Shown: positions 11,983-24,100 of the stretch, piece after piece
Position numbering within the stretch: the first letter of the stretch is position 1
Layout: every line of letters starts with the position of its first letter
NCBI GenBank assembly: GCA_963815195.1
Contig: CAWFGE010000008.1
Location: 544,001 to 608,000 of the forward strand
DNA from: an uncultured Planctomycetaceae bacterium
GTDB lineage: Bacteria; Planctomycetota; Planctomycetia; Planctomycetales; Planctomycetaceae
Reading direction: 5' to 3'
DNA length: 64,000 nucleotides
Notes under the pieces: model-generated
Seen by the model: only the letters and a program-made list of their open reading frames with translations
Databases searched by the model: none
Told to the model about the DNA's origin: nothing
Translations under genes and position numbers: made by a program

Positions 11983-12109
11983 TTTTGAAGTCCCAATGAC
12001 CAAGCCCCAATGACCAATGGCGAGCGTGGGGCGTTAGCCGCATGATGGCAGCATTTCCAAGGACTTGTCTCCAAACGCTCGGCTCGACACAGACCCCACC
12101 GGCTAAGTT

Positions 12110-13447
12110 ATGTTCCAGCGGATTTTGGTTGCCAATCGGGGCGAGATTGCCCTTCGTGTGATTCGGGCCTGTCGGGAGATGGGCATCGAGACGGTGGCGG
12201 TGTATAGCACGGCCGACCGGGGGGCTTCGTATCTCGATCTGGCGAACCAGTCCATTTGCATCGGACCGCCGGCGGCGTCCGCCAGCTATCTGGATTTCAA
12301 CAAGATCATCAGTGCCGCCGAAGTGGGCAACGTGCAGGCGATTCATCCCGGCTACGGCTTCCTCGCCGAGAACGCCGACTTCGCCGAGGTCTGCCGGGAC
12401 TGCAACATCGAGTTCATCGGGCCTCCGCATCAGGCGATGGCCCAACTGGGGGATAAAGTCAGCGCCCGGGAAATCGCCCAATCCGCCAACGTGCATCTGG
12501 TGCCGGGCAGCGACGGACTCCTCACCAGCGAAGACCAGGCTTTGAGCGTCGCCCAGAAAATCGGCTATCCCGTCTTGATCAAAGCCACCGCGGGCGGCGG
12601 TGGCAAAGGCATGCGCGTGGCCCGCAACGACATCTCCCTCAAAAACGGCATCAAAGCCGCCGCCCAGGAAGCCGAGAAAGCCTTCAAGAACGCGGGCGTG
12701 TACCTGGAAAAATACATCGAACGGCCCCGGCATGTCGAAGTGCAAATCCTCGCGGACAGCCACGGGCACGCCTTGCATCTTTGGGAACGCGATTGCTCGC
12801 TGCAGCGCAGGCATCAAAAACTCGTCGAGGAAAGCCCCGCTCCGAATCTGCCCCTCGCGGTCCGGCAGGACATCTGCAAAGCCGCCGTGAGGCTGGTCAA
12901 AGCGGCGGGCTACACGAACGCGGGCACGGTGGAGTTTCTCGTCGATCAGGAGCACCGGTTCTACTTCATCGAAGTCAACGCCCGAATTCAGGTGGAGCAC
13001 CCGGTGACGGAGGAAGTCACCGGGCTGGATTTGATCCAACAGCAAATCCGCATCGCCGCGGGCGAGAAGCTCGACCTCAAACAGCGGAGCGTTCCCTGCG
13101 AAGGCTCGTCCATCGAGGTGCGGATCAACGCCGAAGATCCCAAGAACGGCTTTCGCCCCAGCCCCGGCCGAATTACGAAGCTCCAACTGCCGGGCGGTCC
13201 CGGCGTGCGGTTCGATTCCCACGTCCATCAGGATTACGTCATCGGGCCGTATTACGATTCGCTCATCGGCAAACTCATCGTGCATCGCCCTAGCCGCGCA
13301 GCCGCGATCGCCTGCATGCGGCGGGCCCTCGACGAGTTCGTGATCGAAGGCATCCAGACCACGATCCCGCTCCTCCGCGAAATCTTCCGGCACTCGGCCT
13401 TCATCGAAGGCCACGTCGATACCACGTTCATCGAACGCACATGGTAA
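12110..13447 (+). CDS. accC: Acetyl-CoA carboxylase biotin carboxylase
   Basis: [49 protein letters not shown]. Confidence 0.96.
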   Translation: MFQRILVANRGEIALRVIRACREMGIETVAVYSTADRGASYLDLANQSICIGPPAASASYLDFNKIISAAEVGNVQAIHPGYGFLAENADFAEVCRDCNIEFIGPPHQAMAQLGDKVSAREIAQSANVHLVPGSDGLLTSEDQALSVAQKIGYPVLIKATAGGGGKGMRVARNDISLKNGIKAAAQEAEKAFKNAGVYLEKYIERPRHVEVQILADSHGHALHLWERDCSLQRRHQKLVEESPAPNLPLAVRQDICKAAVRLVKAAGYTNAGTVEFLVDQEHRFYFIEVNARIQVEHPVTEEVTGLDLIQQQIRIAAGEKLDLKQRSVPCEGSSIEVRINAEDPKNGFRPSPGRITKLQLPGGPGVRFDSHVHQDYVIGPYYDSLIGKLIVHRPSRAAAIACMRRALDEFVIEGIQTTIPLLREIFRHSAFIEGHVDTTFIERTW

Positions 13448-13696
13448 TCGCGACACCCGTCTTACTTTGCGTTTGGAGGTATGCGAATAAATCTCGCAAT
13501 TCCTGGGGCTTGAGCTGCTGGCACAGGTTCTCGGGCATTCGTTACACCGTTTCGCCTATTGTGCAGGTAAGCAAGCCGTTGGACCGATCAAAACGAGGCA
13601 GGATTGAACGCATGGGCCAGTTTTGATATTAAAGAAACTGGGAATCATGTTCCTCGTTGCCCGTTTGTCGTCCAACCCTTCCCACGGAGACCGCCC

Positions 13697-15085
13697 ATGC
13701 TCTCGCTTTATGACAATCGGCCCTCTGGTCGCCGGGAGTTTTTGCGGATCGGCGGGCTGGGGTTGGGCGGGTTGTCGCTGGCGGATTTGCTCGCCGCCAA
13801 AGCGAACGCGGCGGCCGGGAACCCCGTGCGGGACAAGTCGGTCATCTTCCTGTTCATGCACGGCGGGCCGAGCCAGACGGAAACCTTCGATCCCAAAATG
13901 ACGGCCCCGTCGGGCGTGCGGAGCGCCACGGGCGAAGTAAAAACCTCGCTGCCGGGCGTGACGTTCGGCGGCACGTTCGAGAAGCTCGCGCCGTTTGCCG
14001 ACCGAATGGCGATCGTGCGGTCGTACGTCACCGGCGACGGCCGGCACGACATCAAACCCATCGTCAGCCAGGCGTCGGCGGATGCCAACTTGGGTTCCCT
14101 CTATTCCCGCATCGTCGGCCAAAACCGGCCCGGCAGCGGGATGCCCACGAACATCGCCCTCTTCCCGCAGGCCGTCGATCCGGCGGCAATGCCCGCGGTC
14201 AAGCAGTTCGGGAATTTTGAGTCGACCGGAGCCGTGGGCGGCGCGTTTGCTCCGTTTGTGCCCGGCAGCGGCGGGACGTTTCAGGAGAACATGAAACTCG
14301 CCATCCCGCTGCCCCGCCTGGACGATCGGCGATTATTGCTTTCCGAGTTGGATCGATTTCGCTCCGCCTCCGATGCCGGCGGCCTCTTGGACGGCATGGA
14401 CCACATCCGCCAGCAGGCGTTCGATACGATTTTGGGCGGCGTGGCGGATGCGTTCGACCTCACGCGGGAAGATCCCAAAACCCTCGCCCGCTACGACACC
14501 GCCCCGCTCATCCAGCCCGAACACATCTCCCAGAAGTGGAACAACTACAAACGCTACCAGGACAACGTGAAGACGCTGGGCAAGCTGCTGCTCTTGGCCC
14601 GGCGGTTGTGCGAAGCGGGCTGCGGATTTGTGACCGTGACGACGAACTTCGTGTGGGACATGCACGCCGACGCCAACAACGCCACGATGGAAGAAGGCAT
14701 GCGGTACGTGGGCCGGCCCTTCGACCACGCGGTCTCGGCGTTTTTGGAGGATGTGGAGAACCGCGGCCTCAGCGACAAGATCCTTTTGGTCTGCTCCGGC
14801 GAAATGGGCCGGACCCCCAAGATCAACAAAAGAGGCGGCCGGGACCATTGGGGCAATCTGGCCCCCTTGATGCTCGCGGGCGGTGGCCTCAACATGGGCC
14901 AAGTGATTGGACAGTCCACACGCGACGTAGCCGAACCCCTCTCGACGCCCTACCGCATCCCCGATCTCATCGCCACCATCATGCACACCCTGTTCGACTT
15001 AGGCGAACTCCGCCTGCAGCGCGGCATCCCGAACGACATCGCCCGCGCGATTACCTCGGGCGAACCGATCCCGGGGTTGGCGTGA
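13697..15085 (+). CDS. DUF1501 family protein
   Basis: RREFLRIGGLG, FMHGGPSQTETFDPK, WDMH, GEMGRTP, GRDHW. Confidence 0.9.
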   Translation: MLSLYDNRPSGRREFLRIGGLGLGGLSLADLLAAKANAAAGNPVRDKSVIFLFMHGGPSQTETFDPKMTAPSGVRSATGEVKTSLPGVTFGGTFEKLAPFADRMAIVRSYVTGDGRHDIKPIVSQASADANLGSLYSRIVGQNRPGSGMPTNIALFPQAVDPAAMPAVKQFGNFESTGAVGGAFAPFVPGSGGTFQENMKLAIPLPRLDDRRLLLSELDRFRSASDAGGLLDGMDHIRQQAFDTILGGVADAFDLTREDPKTLARYDTAPLIQPEHISQKWNNYKRYQDNVKTLGKLLLLARRLCEAGCGFVTVTTNFVWDMHADANNATMEEGMRYVGRPFDHAVSAFLEDVENRGLSDKILLVCSGEMGRTPKINKRGGRDHWGNLAPLMLAGGGLNMGQVIGQSTRDVAEPLSTPYRIPDLIATIMHTLFDLGELRLQRGIPNDIARAITSGEPIPGLA

Positions 15086-15166
15086 TATTCCCAAAGAGCA
15101 AATCGCCTCTGAACCTCTCAATTCTCGCCGCCATCCGGCCTTGGTCAAAGGCGTTTGAAGTTGGTC

Positions 15167-15304
15167 CGCCGGCAGGGTGGCTGGGGTGAAAATTCGCCAT
15201 GAACAAAGAAGCATTTTTCATGGCCCCAGCCCGATCGCCGGCAGGGTGGCTGGGGCGTGAATTCGCCATGAACAAAGAAGCATTTTTCATGGCCCCAGCC
15301 CGAT
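15167..15304. repeat. Tandem pair of 69-bp units, each able to fold as a hairpin
   Basis: Units 15167-15235 and 15236-15304 are nearly identical; GGCTGGGG/CCCCAGCC and GCCATGAA/TTCATGGC pair within each. Confidence 0.85.
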
Positions 15305-15435
15305 AGCCTTTTTTTGCGCTTCCTCGAAACGAGCCGGGCGATGGTGTAGCCTATCGGTGTGGGATAAAACCACGACGGCAGAATTGCTCCGTGTTCGTCG
15401 TGTCCTTGTGGTAAAAACATCGAGGAGAAACTTCC

Positions 15436-16353
15436 ATGAAACGTCGCATTTTGGTTTCGAGTTTCATCGCCGTGTGCTTCGGCGTTTCTGCGGGGACGCT
15501 GTTCGCTCAAGATTCCGCGCCGGTGGTGCCGGCGGATGCGGTCGTCAAGAAGCTGGCGGGGGGATTTCAATTCACGGAAGGGCCGGCGTGGGACCGGAAA
15601 CAGACGTTGTATTTTTCGGACATCCCCAACCAGACCATTCACACCTGGTCGGAAGAGAAAGGCGTGGGCGTCTTCAAAAAGATCGAAGGCAGCTCGAACG
15701 GGCTGTGGTTCGATAAAGCCGGCAATTTGTACGCGTGCCAACCCGCGGGACGGGCGGTGGTGCGGTTGTCGCCGAAGGGCGAAGAAACCGTGATCGCCGA
15801 CTCTTACGAAGGCAAGAAGCTGAACTCCCCGAACGATTTGTGGATGACGCCCGACGGCGGGTTGTACTTTACCGATCCGCGCTACGGGCAGATGAACGAC
15901 CTCGAACTCGACGGGTTCTATGTGTATTACGTGCCACCCGCCAAGACCGGCGGCAAGCTGCGGCGGGTTTTGTCCGATCTGAAAAAACCCAACGGCGTGG
16001 TGGGGACGGCCGACGGCAAAAAACTTTACGTGGCCGACCCCGGAGCGCAGACCACCTACGTTTACGACATTGGAGAGGACGGTTCGCTCGCGAATCGCCG
16101 CGTCGCTGCCCCGACGGGGTCCGACGGTTTGACCTTGGACGAGCGAGGCAACCTGTATGTCACGGGCAAAACCATTCGCATCTATTCCCCGGAGGCGAAG
16201 ATCGTCGGCCAAATCGAGTTGCCGGAAGCCGCAGCCAACCTGACCTTCGGCGGGGCCGACGGCAAGACGCTGTTCATTACGGCGAGAACCAGCCTTTACG
16301 CCGTCAAGCTCAACGTCCGCGGCGGAGCGGACCCCTTCGCGAAAGAGAAATAA
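15436..16353 (+). CDS. SMP-30/gluconolactonase/LRE family protein, secreted
   Basis: Signal peptide; FTEGPAW, LYFSDIP, LNSPNDL, YFTDP, PNG, DGLTLD. Confidence 0.9.
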   Translation: MKRRILVSSFIAVCFGVSAGTLFAQDSAPVVPADAVVKKLAGGFQFTEGPAWDRKQTLYFSDIPNQTIHTWSEEKGVGVFKKIEGSSNGLWFDKAGNLYACQPAGRAVVRLSPKGEETVIADSYEGKKLNSPNDLWMTPDGGLYFTDPRYGQMNDLELDGFYVYYVPPAKTGGKLRRVLSDLKKPNGVVGTADGKKLYVADPGAQTTYVYDIGEDGSLANRRVAAPTGSDGLTLDERGNLYVTGKTIRIYSPEAKIVGQIELPEAAANLTFGGADGKTLFITARTSLYAVKLNVRGGADPFAKEK

Positions 16354-16357
16354 ACGG

Positions 16358-17799
16358 CTACGACTTGATCTGGTCGAATGCGGCGAGAGCTGCTTGTCGG
16401 GCCTCGGCGTGATCGACGAGCGGCAACGGGTAGTCTCGTCCGAGGGTGACGCCCGCCTTTTTTAAAACGTCCGCCGGTGCGTCCGAGGGCCGGTGGACCC
16501 AGCGGTCGGGCAGGTCAACGAGTTCGGGAACAAAGCGGCGAACGTACCGGCCTTCGGGGTCGAACTTTTCGCCCTGGGCGACCGGATTGAAAATGCGAAA
16601 GTACGGCGCGGCATCGGCCCCGCAACCGGCGGACCATTGCCAACCCATCGTGTTGTTCGCCAGGTCCGCATCGACCAGCGTGTCCCAAAACCATTTCGCC
16701 CCTTCCTTCCAGTGGAGGCGAAGATCCTTCGTCAAAAACGATGCGACGATCATCCGCACGCGATTGTGCATCCACCCCGTGGCCCACAACTGCCGCATGC
16801 CCGCATCCACAATCGGAAACCCCGTGCGGCCCTTCTGCCAGGCTTGGAGGGCTTTGGGGTCTTCCTGCCAGGGGAAGTTTTTGAACCGCGCATGTAAGGG
16901 CTCATCGCTGGTGGCGGAAAAATGAGAGAGCACATGCTGAGCAAACTCCCGCCAGCCCAGTTCCGAAAGATAGGCCCCGGCGCTCTTCCCGCCAGCGGTT
17001 CGCAGATCGCTTCCCGCGGCGTCCTGCACCATGCGCAGATTTGCCAGGGGCTGATTTCGCCAAAGTGCACATGCGGTGAAAGCTCGGAAGTGCCCCGCTC
17101 GTACGGTTCATCGCGCTTGGTCCGGTAACGGCTCAAGGCCTGATCGAGAAACCGCGCGAGCCGCTGTTTGGCTCCGGCTTCTCCCGGCGTCCAGGTCTCC
17201 CGCAGTCCGCCGGCCCAGTCGATTTCGGGTTCCAACTGAAATGCATCCAGCGCGGCGGACGAGGGCCAGGTCTTCGGAGCGGGCCAGCGCGATGGCGCCG
17301 CGAGCGGCTCGCGCGTCGCGTCGCGGCTTTGACAGTTCTTCCAAAACGGCGTAAAGACTCGGTAAGGACGGCCCTGTTTCGTGGAGATTTCCGCCGGCTC
17401 AAACAACAGGCTGCCGTTCGATGTGTGGACCTCGACACGCTCGCCGAGTTCCCGTTCCAATTTGCGGTCGCGGTTCGCGAGCGCTGGTTCGTAAAGCCGA
17501 TTCCAAAACACCCCGGCAGCGCCGGTTTCTTCGATGAGCGACTTGAGCGCCTCGCCGCTGGGACCGGCACGAAGAATCAATCGCGACTTTCTGCCATGAA
17601 GGCTTCGGCTCAAAGCCTCAAGCGATTGGTGCAACCACCAGCGACTGGCGGAACCGGGCGGCCAGCGGCCGGCTTCTTTGGGAGCAAAAATGAAAACAGG
17701 AATCACCGGCCCGCCCCGCTCCACCGCCGCCCAGAGCGCGGGGTTATCCTCCAAGCGGAGATCTCGCCGAAACCAGACAATCGCAGGTTGGGAGCACAT
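16358..17799 (-). CDS. phrB: Deoxyribodipyrimidine photolyase, apparent frameshift near 17033
   Basis: WFRRDLRLEDNPAL, VFTPFW, TSELSPHVHFGEIS in ORF 16750-17799; ELGWREF, TGFPIVDAGMRQLWATGWMHNRVRM, DAAPYFRIFNP in ORF 16358-17032. Confidence 0.9.
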
Positions 17800-17881
17800 T
17801 GAATGACGTTTGGTGGCAGTGTTTCAGAATGAGGATCAGCGGAATTTCGTCAAAGGTGGAGGCGGATTAAAACATTCGTGT

Positions 17882-17952
17882 CCCCCTCACCCTAACCCTC
17901 TCCCCCAAGGGGAGAGGGGACAAAACAACGCCCTCCCCCAAGGGCAGAGGGC
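17882..17952. repeat. REP-like hairpin plus a degenerate second copy
   Basis: CCCCTCACCCTAACCCTCTCCCC-CAA-GGGGAGAGGG, then GCCCTCCCCCAAGGGCAGAGGGC. Confidence 0.7.
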
Positions 17953-17955
17953 TTC

Positions 17956-19056
17956 TTAGGGAAGGGCCGAGGGATCGAGAACGACGTGCTTCACGCTCTG
18001 CCTCAGGTAGGTGTAGGTGATGTGGACTTTTCCGTCGGACGTTTGGATGACGGCCGGGTAGGAGAATTCGCCCTTGTCGCGTTCGAGCGTGAGAATCGGC
18101 GTCCAATCGTTGCCGTCGGACGAGACGGCCACGTTGAGCATGTTCCGCCCTGAGGGAAAACCGCCGCCGCGGGTCGTGTGGTTATAAACCAAGAGTTGCC
18201 GGCCGTCGGCAAGCGTCACCGCATCGGTGCCGGCGTTGGGGTTCGGGAGTTCGGTGCTCGTCACTTCGCTCCACGTCCGGCCGTCGTCCTCCGACCGGCT
18301 TTGGGCGATCACGCCTTCCTTGGTTCGGCAAACGATTTGCAGTTTGCCGCCGGGATATTTGAGAATGCTCGGTTGGATGGTGTTGAATTTGGACGCATCG
18401 TTGATGGGGCCGACGACCTCCCAGGTCTTTCCGCCGTCGCGCGAGCGTTCGAAGTGCGCCCGCCAGCCCTGATGCTCGGTGCTGCTGGGGCAGAGGATCG
18501 TGCCGTCGGCGAGTTGGACGGGCTTGTTTTTGACGGGGCCGATCAGGTTGGGATTGCGGCGGCCCAGTTTGGGATCGGTGCCGAGCTTTCGCGGCTTCGT
18601 CCAGGTTTTTCCATTGTCGTTCGAGCTCGTCAACATGCCCCACCATTCGCTCGGGCTCGGGCCGACTTTGTAGAACAACATCAACGGCCCTGTTTTTGGT
18701 TGGAATAGCACGGGGTTCCAACACGGATAGCGCTTTTCGGGCGATTGGACGCCGTTGGCGACTTCCACAGGCTTTGCCCAGCCGCCGGCCTCTTGGCGAG
18801 AAACCCAGATCCCCACATCGGGATTTTTTTCGTGCTTCCCGCCAAACCACGCCGCCACCAGGCCGGCGGGCGTTTCCACGATCGTCGAAGCATGGCATTG
18901 AGGGGTGGGTTTGTCATCGAGCGGAAAGATTAACTCGCCTTGGATGTAACCCTGTTTTCCCGGCTGAGCGACATCGGGGAGTTCCGCCGCAAATACGGAA
19001 TGAAAACCACCCAAGAAAAGCAAAGCCGTCGCGGCAAGCGGTCGAAGGTCGGGCAT
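17956..19056 (-). CDS. Sialidase-like BNR-repeat protein, secreted
   Basis: Asp-boxes SNDNGKTW, SRDGGKTW, SEDDGRTW; CHASTI, GPVKNKP, FSYPAVIQ. Confidence 0.85.
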   Translation of the reverse strand: MPDLRPLAATALLFLGGFHSVFAAELPDVAQPGKQGYIQGELIFPLDDKPTPQCHASTIVETPAGLVAAWFGGKHEKNPDVGIWVSRQEAGGWAKPVEVANGVQSPEKRYPCWNPVLFQPKTGPLMLFYKVGPSPSEWWGMLTSSNDNGKTWTKPRKLGTDPKLGRRNPNLIGPVKNKPVQLADGTILCPSSTEHQGWRAHFERSRDGGKTWEVVGPINDASKFNTIQPSILKYPGGKLQIVCRTKEGVIAQSRSEDDGRTWSEVTSTELPNPNAGTDAVTLADGRQLLVYNHTTRGGGFPSGRNMLNVAVSSDGNDWTPILTLERDKGEFSYPAVIQTSDGKVHITYTYLRQSVKHVVLDPSALP

Positions 19057-19149
19057 GATGGCATTCGTTGTCGAAGGAAGATTGGAGTGAGAAAGGCATC
19101 TTAATGCAACAAAGCTGCCGGGGACAATCCTCGGCAGCCTTGTGCGATT

Positions 19150-19209
19150 CATCAACCGGGGCGAGCGCCCTGCGGCGAATTCCATCAACCGGGGCGAGCG
19201 CCCTGCGGC
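19150..19209. repeat. Tandem REP-like pair, 33-bp period
   Basis: CATCAACCGGGGCGAGCGCCCTGCGGC at 19150-19176 and 19183-19209. Confidence 0.75.
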
Positions 19210-19224
19210 TGATTTTTCGCTCGA

Positions 19225-20679
19225 CTAAACGTTCTTGGGATCGGGGACTTCGAAGCCTTTGCGGTTCGTGTCCTTGAGCAGCACGTTGGCTTCTTCGGCA
19301 TGTTCGCCGATGCAGCGTTCGGTCCTGGGATCGAACGTGAGCCAGGGTCCGACGGTGTACTCGGCTTCGTTTTCGGGAACGCCGACGCCGCCCGCCATGA
19401 CTTCATGAAGCTTCATGAAGTGGTCGTGGGCGTCTTTGTTGTCGCCGAACTTGCCGGCGCTGGCGTTGAAGGGCACCTTCTTGCCGAGGCGGTAGGAGTT
19501 GTTCATCAAATGGCCCAGGACGCAGCCGTAGTGGGCGTCATAGACGTTGCCGTTGGCCATGTTGGGATCGCCCGCCCGCACCGCGGCGATGAAGGCGGCC
19601 CAGTTGCCGCCCGGCGTGACTTTGCCGTTGGGCACTTTGACGGTTTCGCCCTGTTTGCTGCCTTTGGGATAGTATTTGCCGCGAACGATTTTGCCGCCGT
19701 CTTCGAAATAGTATTCGTTTTCGACCTGGCGTTCGTAGCCTTTGTAGTTGACGTTGCGGACGTTGAAGAACACCTGCTGGCCGTTGGGATACTCGGCGAG
19801 TCCGAACATGGTGTTCGGGGTCTCGCCCTGGTCGTTCCATTGGAACCGGCCACCGATCGCCATCGCGCGGACGGGGTGGGTTTGATCTTTGTCGAGCGCC
19901 CAGCGGGCCACGTCGAGTTGGTGCGTGCCCTGGTTGTTGAGGTCGCCGTTGCCGGTCTTCCAGAACCAATGCCAGTTGTAATGCACGTAGTTGCCGTGGT
20001 AATCCTTGATGTCCGCGGGGCCGCGCCACATGTTCCAATCGAGGTTGGCGGGCGGTTCGGAGACGGGCTTAAAGCCGATGCTGCCCCGCGGCTTGCAGCA
20101 GTAGCCGTAGGAGACTTTCAGCTTCCCGAACTTCCCGTCCTGGATGGCTTCGTGGAGGCCGGCGACCTTGGCGTCGCTGCGGGTTTGGGTGCCGTGCTGA
20201 ATGACGACGCCGTATTTCTTCTGGGCTTCGACGGCGACGCGGCCTTCGCCGATGTCGTGGCTCATCGGTTTTTCGACGTAAACGTGCTTGCCGGCTTGGG
20301 CTGCCCAGATGGTGATCAGCGAATGCCAATGGTTCGGCGTGGCGACGGAGATCGCGTCGACGTTCTTGTCGTCGAGGGCCCGGCGGATGTCGTCGATGCC
20401 TTCGGTTTCGTACTTGCCTTCGGTCCGCTTGGTGACGCTGTTCATCGCGCGGCTGAGCACGTTTTTATCCACGTCGCAGAGATAAGCGAGTTCGACGTTC
20501 TCCTGGCCGAGCCAGCCGCCGATGTGGGCTCCGCCGCGGCCGTTTAAGCCTGCGACGGCGATGCGGACGCGGTCGTTGGCGCCTTTGGCCTTTCCGGAAG
20601 CGCGGGTTCCCAGAAGCAGCATGCCTCCCGCGGCGACGGAGGACGTTTGCAAGAAGTGACGGCGAGTGACTCGACTCAT
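19225..20679 (-). CDS. Gfo/Idh/MocA oxidoreductase with Tat signal
   Basis: TRRHFL, GLNGRG, ATPNHWH, VYVEKP, NQGTHQLD. Confidence 0.9.
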   Translation of the reverse strand: MSRVTRRHFLQTSSVAAGGMLLLGTRASGKAKGANDRVRIAVAGLNGRGGAHIGGWLGQENVELAYLCDVDKNVLSRAMNSVTKRTEGKYETEGIDDIRRALDDKNVDAISVATPNHWHSLITIWAAQAGKHVYVEKPMSHDIGEGRVAVEAQKKYGVVIQHGTQTRSDAKVAGLHEAIQDGKFGKLKVSYGYCCKPRGSIGFKPVSEPPANLDWNMWRGPADIKDYHGNYVHYNWHWFWKTGNGDLNNQGTHQLDVARWALDKDQTHPVRAMAIGGRFQWNDQGETPNTMFGLAEYPNGQQVFFNVRNVNYKGYERQVENEYYFEDGGKIVRGKYYPKGSKQGETVKVPNGKVTPGGNWAAFIAAVRAGDPNMANGNVYDAHYGCVLGHLMNNSYRLGKKVPFNASAGKFGDNKDAHDHFMKLHEVMAGGVGVPENEAEYTVGPWLTFDPRTERCIGEHAEEANVLLKDTNRKGFEVPDPKNV

Positions 20680-21109
20680 CGCAATTTCTCCATGAAAAAG
20701 TGGAAAAGTTAGGAAAGGGGTAAAAGCTATCTTAAACAGATCGGTGGAATGATTACCACCTTGTCGGGCATTCCCGTGAAATAATCCTGGCCGGGGGACG
20801 TGCCGGAAGTCCAGAAAGTCGGCCGGATCGGGCGAGGGAGGAACGGGATCGGTCCCGCAATCGATGGGCGGAGGATGAGATTCCAGGCAGACGGCGAGCA
20901 ATGCCTATTTGTGTTACGGAGAAAAGCCGCCGAGCGTTGGATTTGTTCTGAAATTCAGTAGTTCCAAAAAAGGCTCAGGAAATTGGTTTGGTTTTCAAGA
21001 GCCGCGCACGAAGTAAGCGGTTTTCAGGGACTAGACAACGCAAGACCGCTTACTTCGTGCGCGGCTCAGGCATTTTTGGAAATACTGAAATTGGCTCGCC
21101 GGGTGCGGT

Positions 21110-24100
21110 TCACTGCGCGGCCGCGTTCGTGGCTTTTTCCGGAAGGCCCCAGAATCGGATCGTGCCGTCGCTGTGGCCGGTGATGATCCAGTGGCCGTCG
21201 GGGGAAAACGTCATGCAATACACTTTCGGATCGTCTTTCTCGATGACCAGAGTGTGCACGACTTTGTAGGACTCTGTGTCCCAGAGTTTGATGGTTTGAT
21301 CCCAACTGGCGGAAACGAGCAGGGAATCATCGACCGAAAATGCGATCGCGCGAATGTCATCGTTATGTTCGCGAAGCCGTCGCCATGTCTCCTGATTTCC
21401 TGGGAATTGACCGTCCCAATATCCGATGCCCCCCAATTGGGTTCCATAGGCCATCCGTTTTTTGGATTGTCCCCCCACGGTAATCGTTTGATGACCCACG
21501 GCCACGCACAACACGGGGCCACCTTGCCCGGTAATGTGGATGACGTTGCCGTTGCCCTTGCGTACGGCGAAGCCGAGTCGGTTGCCGATTGCGGGGGCGG
21601 CCAGAGGCGGTTCCCATCGGCAGAGTTGATTGTCCATTCCGCAAGAGAGTAAGGCTGTGTCGGTAATCCACGCCACGCCTTGGACAGACGTCTTGTGACC
21701 CGTTCCATCGGGAAGGTCACTGTCTGGTTGACCGGTTTGCGCATCCCAGATTTTGATGGAATGATCGGCCGAGGCCGAGGCGAGGTAGTCTCCATTCGGC
21801 GAGAAGGCAATATCGTTAATGGGTTTCGGCTCGGTCTTTTCTCGATTGGGCCGCTTGCCTCGGGGCGCTGCACTCTCGTGGATAACATCCCGCACCACGG
21901 TCCCGCCCGAGCGATTCCAGAATTTGATATGTCCTTTGGCGCTCGCGGTGGCGATGAGTTGGTTGTCCGGGGACATGGCCACGGCTTTGACCGCCTCGAA
22001 ATGCCCCTCCAAATCATCGAGCCGTTTCTTCCCGGTGTCGGCATCCCAAACGCGGGCTTTGTAGTCCGCTCCGCCGGAAACGAATTCCGCGCCGGATGTG
22101 CCAAACGCCAACGACCAGACGGCCCCGTCATGGGCCTTGAAGGATTTCTCTTTCAGTTCCTCGACTTGCTTCGCCGTGTCGCGGGTGATGGCATTCGGGC
22201 GGCGGAAGGGGGCCGGCTCTTCGAGCGGCGGTTGGCCCAGACCCTGGGGATTCAGCAGATCCGGTTTTTCGCCCACGCCCCAAAACTCCAGCGCCCCCCC
22301 GCCCCCGCGGAAACGAGCAGCGTCCCATCCGGCGAAAGGGCCAAATGATTTCCTTGCGTTTCTTTGGCCGGCTTGGGAATGGCCCCGGCACGTGCGGGAA
22401 GGAGGTGAAGTTTCCGGTCCCCGGTCAAGACCAGCATCGATTGACTGTCCGGCGTGAAGATCAGGTCGCTCGCCGGGGAGAGCGCGTGTTCCGAGATTTT
22501 CTGGGCGGACTCGAGATCCCAGACGATGATCTTTCCCGATTCGTAGGCCGCCGCGAGGAATTCGCCGTCGCGGGAAAACTTCAGCCGCGCTACGGCCGAA
22601 GCCTCTGCGGACAGCGACGTTTTGGAACCAGTTGTCAGACTCCAAAGCCAAATCCCGCCCGTGGGCATTCCCAGGGCCACATCATATTTCTCCGATCGGA
22701 GAGGGACCGCGGCCGCGGTGACGTTCGCAGCGGGATTGCGGCCGGCTTGGGCTTTGTCCTCTTGCCGAGTTTCCACGTTCCAGCATTGGAGCTTTCCGGT
22801 CTCCGTCAAGGTGAGGAGCGTCTTTCCGTCCGGCGAGAAATCGCACCAGGCATAGGGAGCCGGGGCCTTCGCCGCAATCGGCCCGAGATTTCCTCCCTTG
22901 GCGATGTCCCAAAGTTGAATCATCCGCCCGCCGTCCGCTGGAGCCGCCAACACGTCCCCGGTCGGCGAAACGGCCAAACCTCGGAGGTTCCATTCCTCGG
23001 CGGGTGCGACGTTGACCACATGATGGAGATCCCCCGTTCGGGATTCCCAGAACCGGAGCGCCGCGTCCCGGCCCAAGGTAACGACATATTTCCCATCGCG
23101 CGAGAAAGCCGCGGCGGTGCAAGCGGCATCGTGGGCGGGGCATTCGATCCATTTCGCAAGACCGGCGGCATTCGTCGCGGACAGCACCCGCGGAGGGCCG
23201 GCGAATTTCCAGTTCGGAACAAGTCCCGCCACATCCACCGCCGGGTTCTCCTTCTCGGACACCTCCCAGACTCGCCCCTGTCCCGAGGCATGAATCACGA
23301 CAATCTGTTTGCGGTCCGAAGTCAAACGAAACGCCACCGGCGGACCGGCATTGACGCTGCCGGAACCGAATCGGCCCGCGTTTGCAGGAGACATCCCGCC
23401 GCCTGGAAAAGGCGACATCGATTGGGGATTGACCATCCCGGCCGCCGGGGCGGTGCGCAGCCGCGCCAGGGGAAACCACGTGTTTGCATCCCAGATGCGC
23501 ACCTCATCGTCCCCGGCGGTCAATAGCAACCCGTTCGGCGCAAACTCCAACGCCTTCGTCGGGCCTTCGTGAGCCTGGAACGAGACCCGTTCCCGGCCAT
23601 CGGAGTCGTAGATGTGGACGCGCTCGTCCGGCATCCCCGCCGCGATCGTTTCGCCGTCGGCCGAGAGCGCAAAACTGGTCAATTCGACCGCGAAAAAGTC
23701 ATAACTTGTCTTCCGCTGAGGAACGGGTGCCGCGTTTGGATCCCCCAAGTCCCAGATTTCCACCGAGCCGTTCAAATGAGACGCGCAGTAACGCCCGCCG
23801 GGGCTGAGCGCCAGGTTCAGACATTCGCCCGCGATTTGAAAGGTTGCGGCTGGTTGGGAAATGTCTTGGAAATTCGTGTGCACTTCCATCTTGCCGCTTT
23901 GCCCCGTCAGAATCAGCCGGCCCGCCATCGGCGAAACCGCCAGCGCCGGGACCAACGGCGGGACAAAGTCTCTTTCCTGGAGGAGCTGCCCGTCCGCGAC
24001 GTTCCACAGCTTCAGTTTTCTTTCGGCGGGAACGAGCGTCAGCAGCGTTTTGCCGTCGGGCGAGAAGCGGGCCGCGTGATCGAAAGCGAGAGTCACGGGC

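Noticed and set aside
15167..15304. CRISPR array
   Set aside because: Only two abutting units, no unique spacers, no cas genes in the window.
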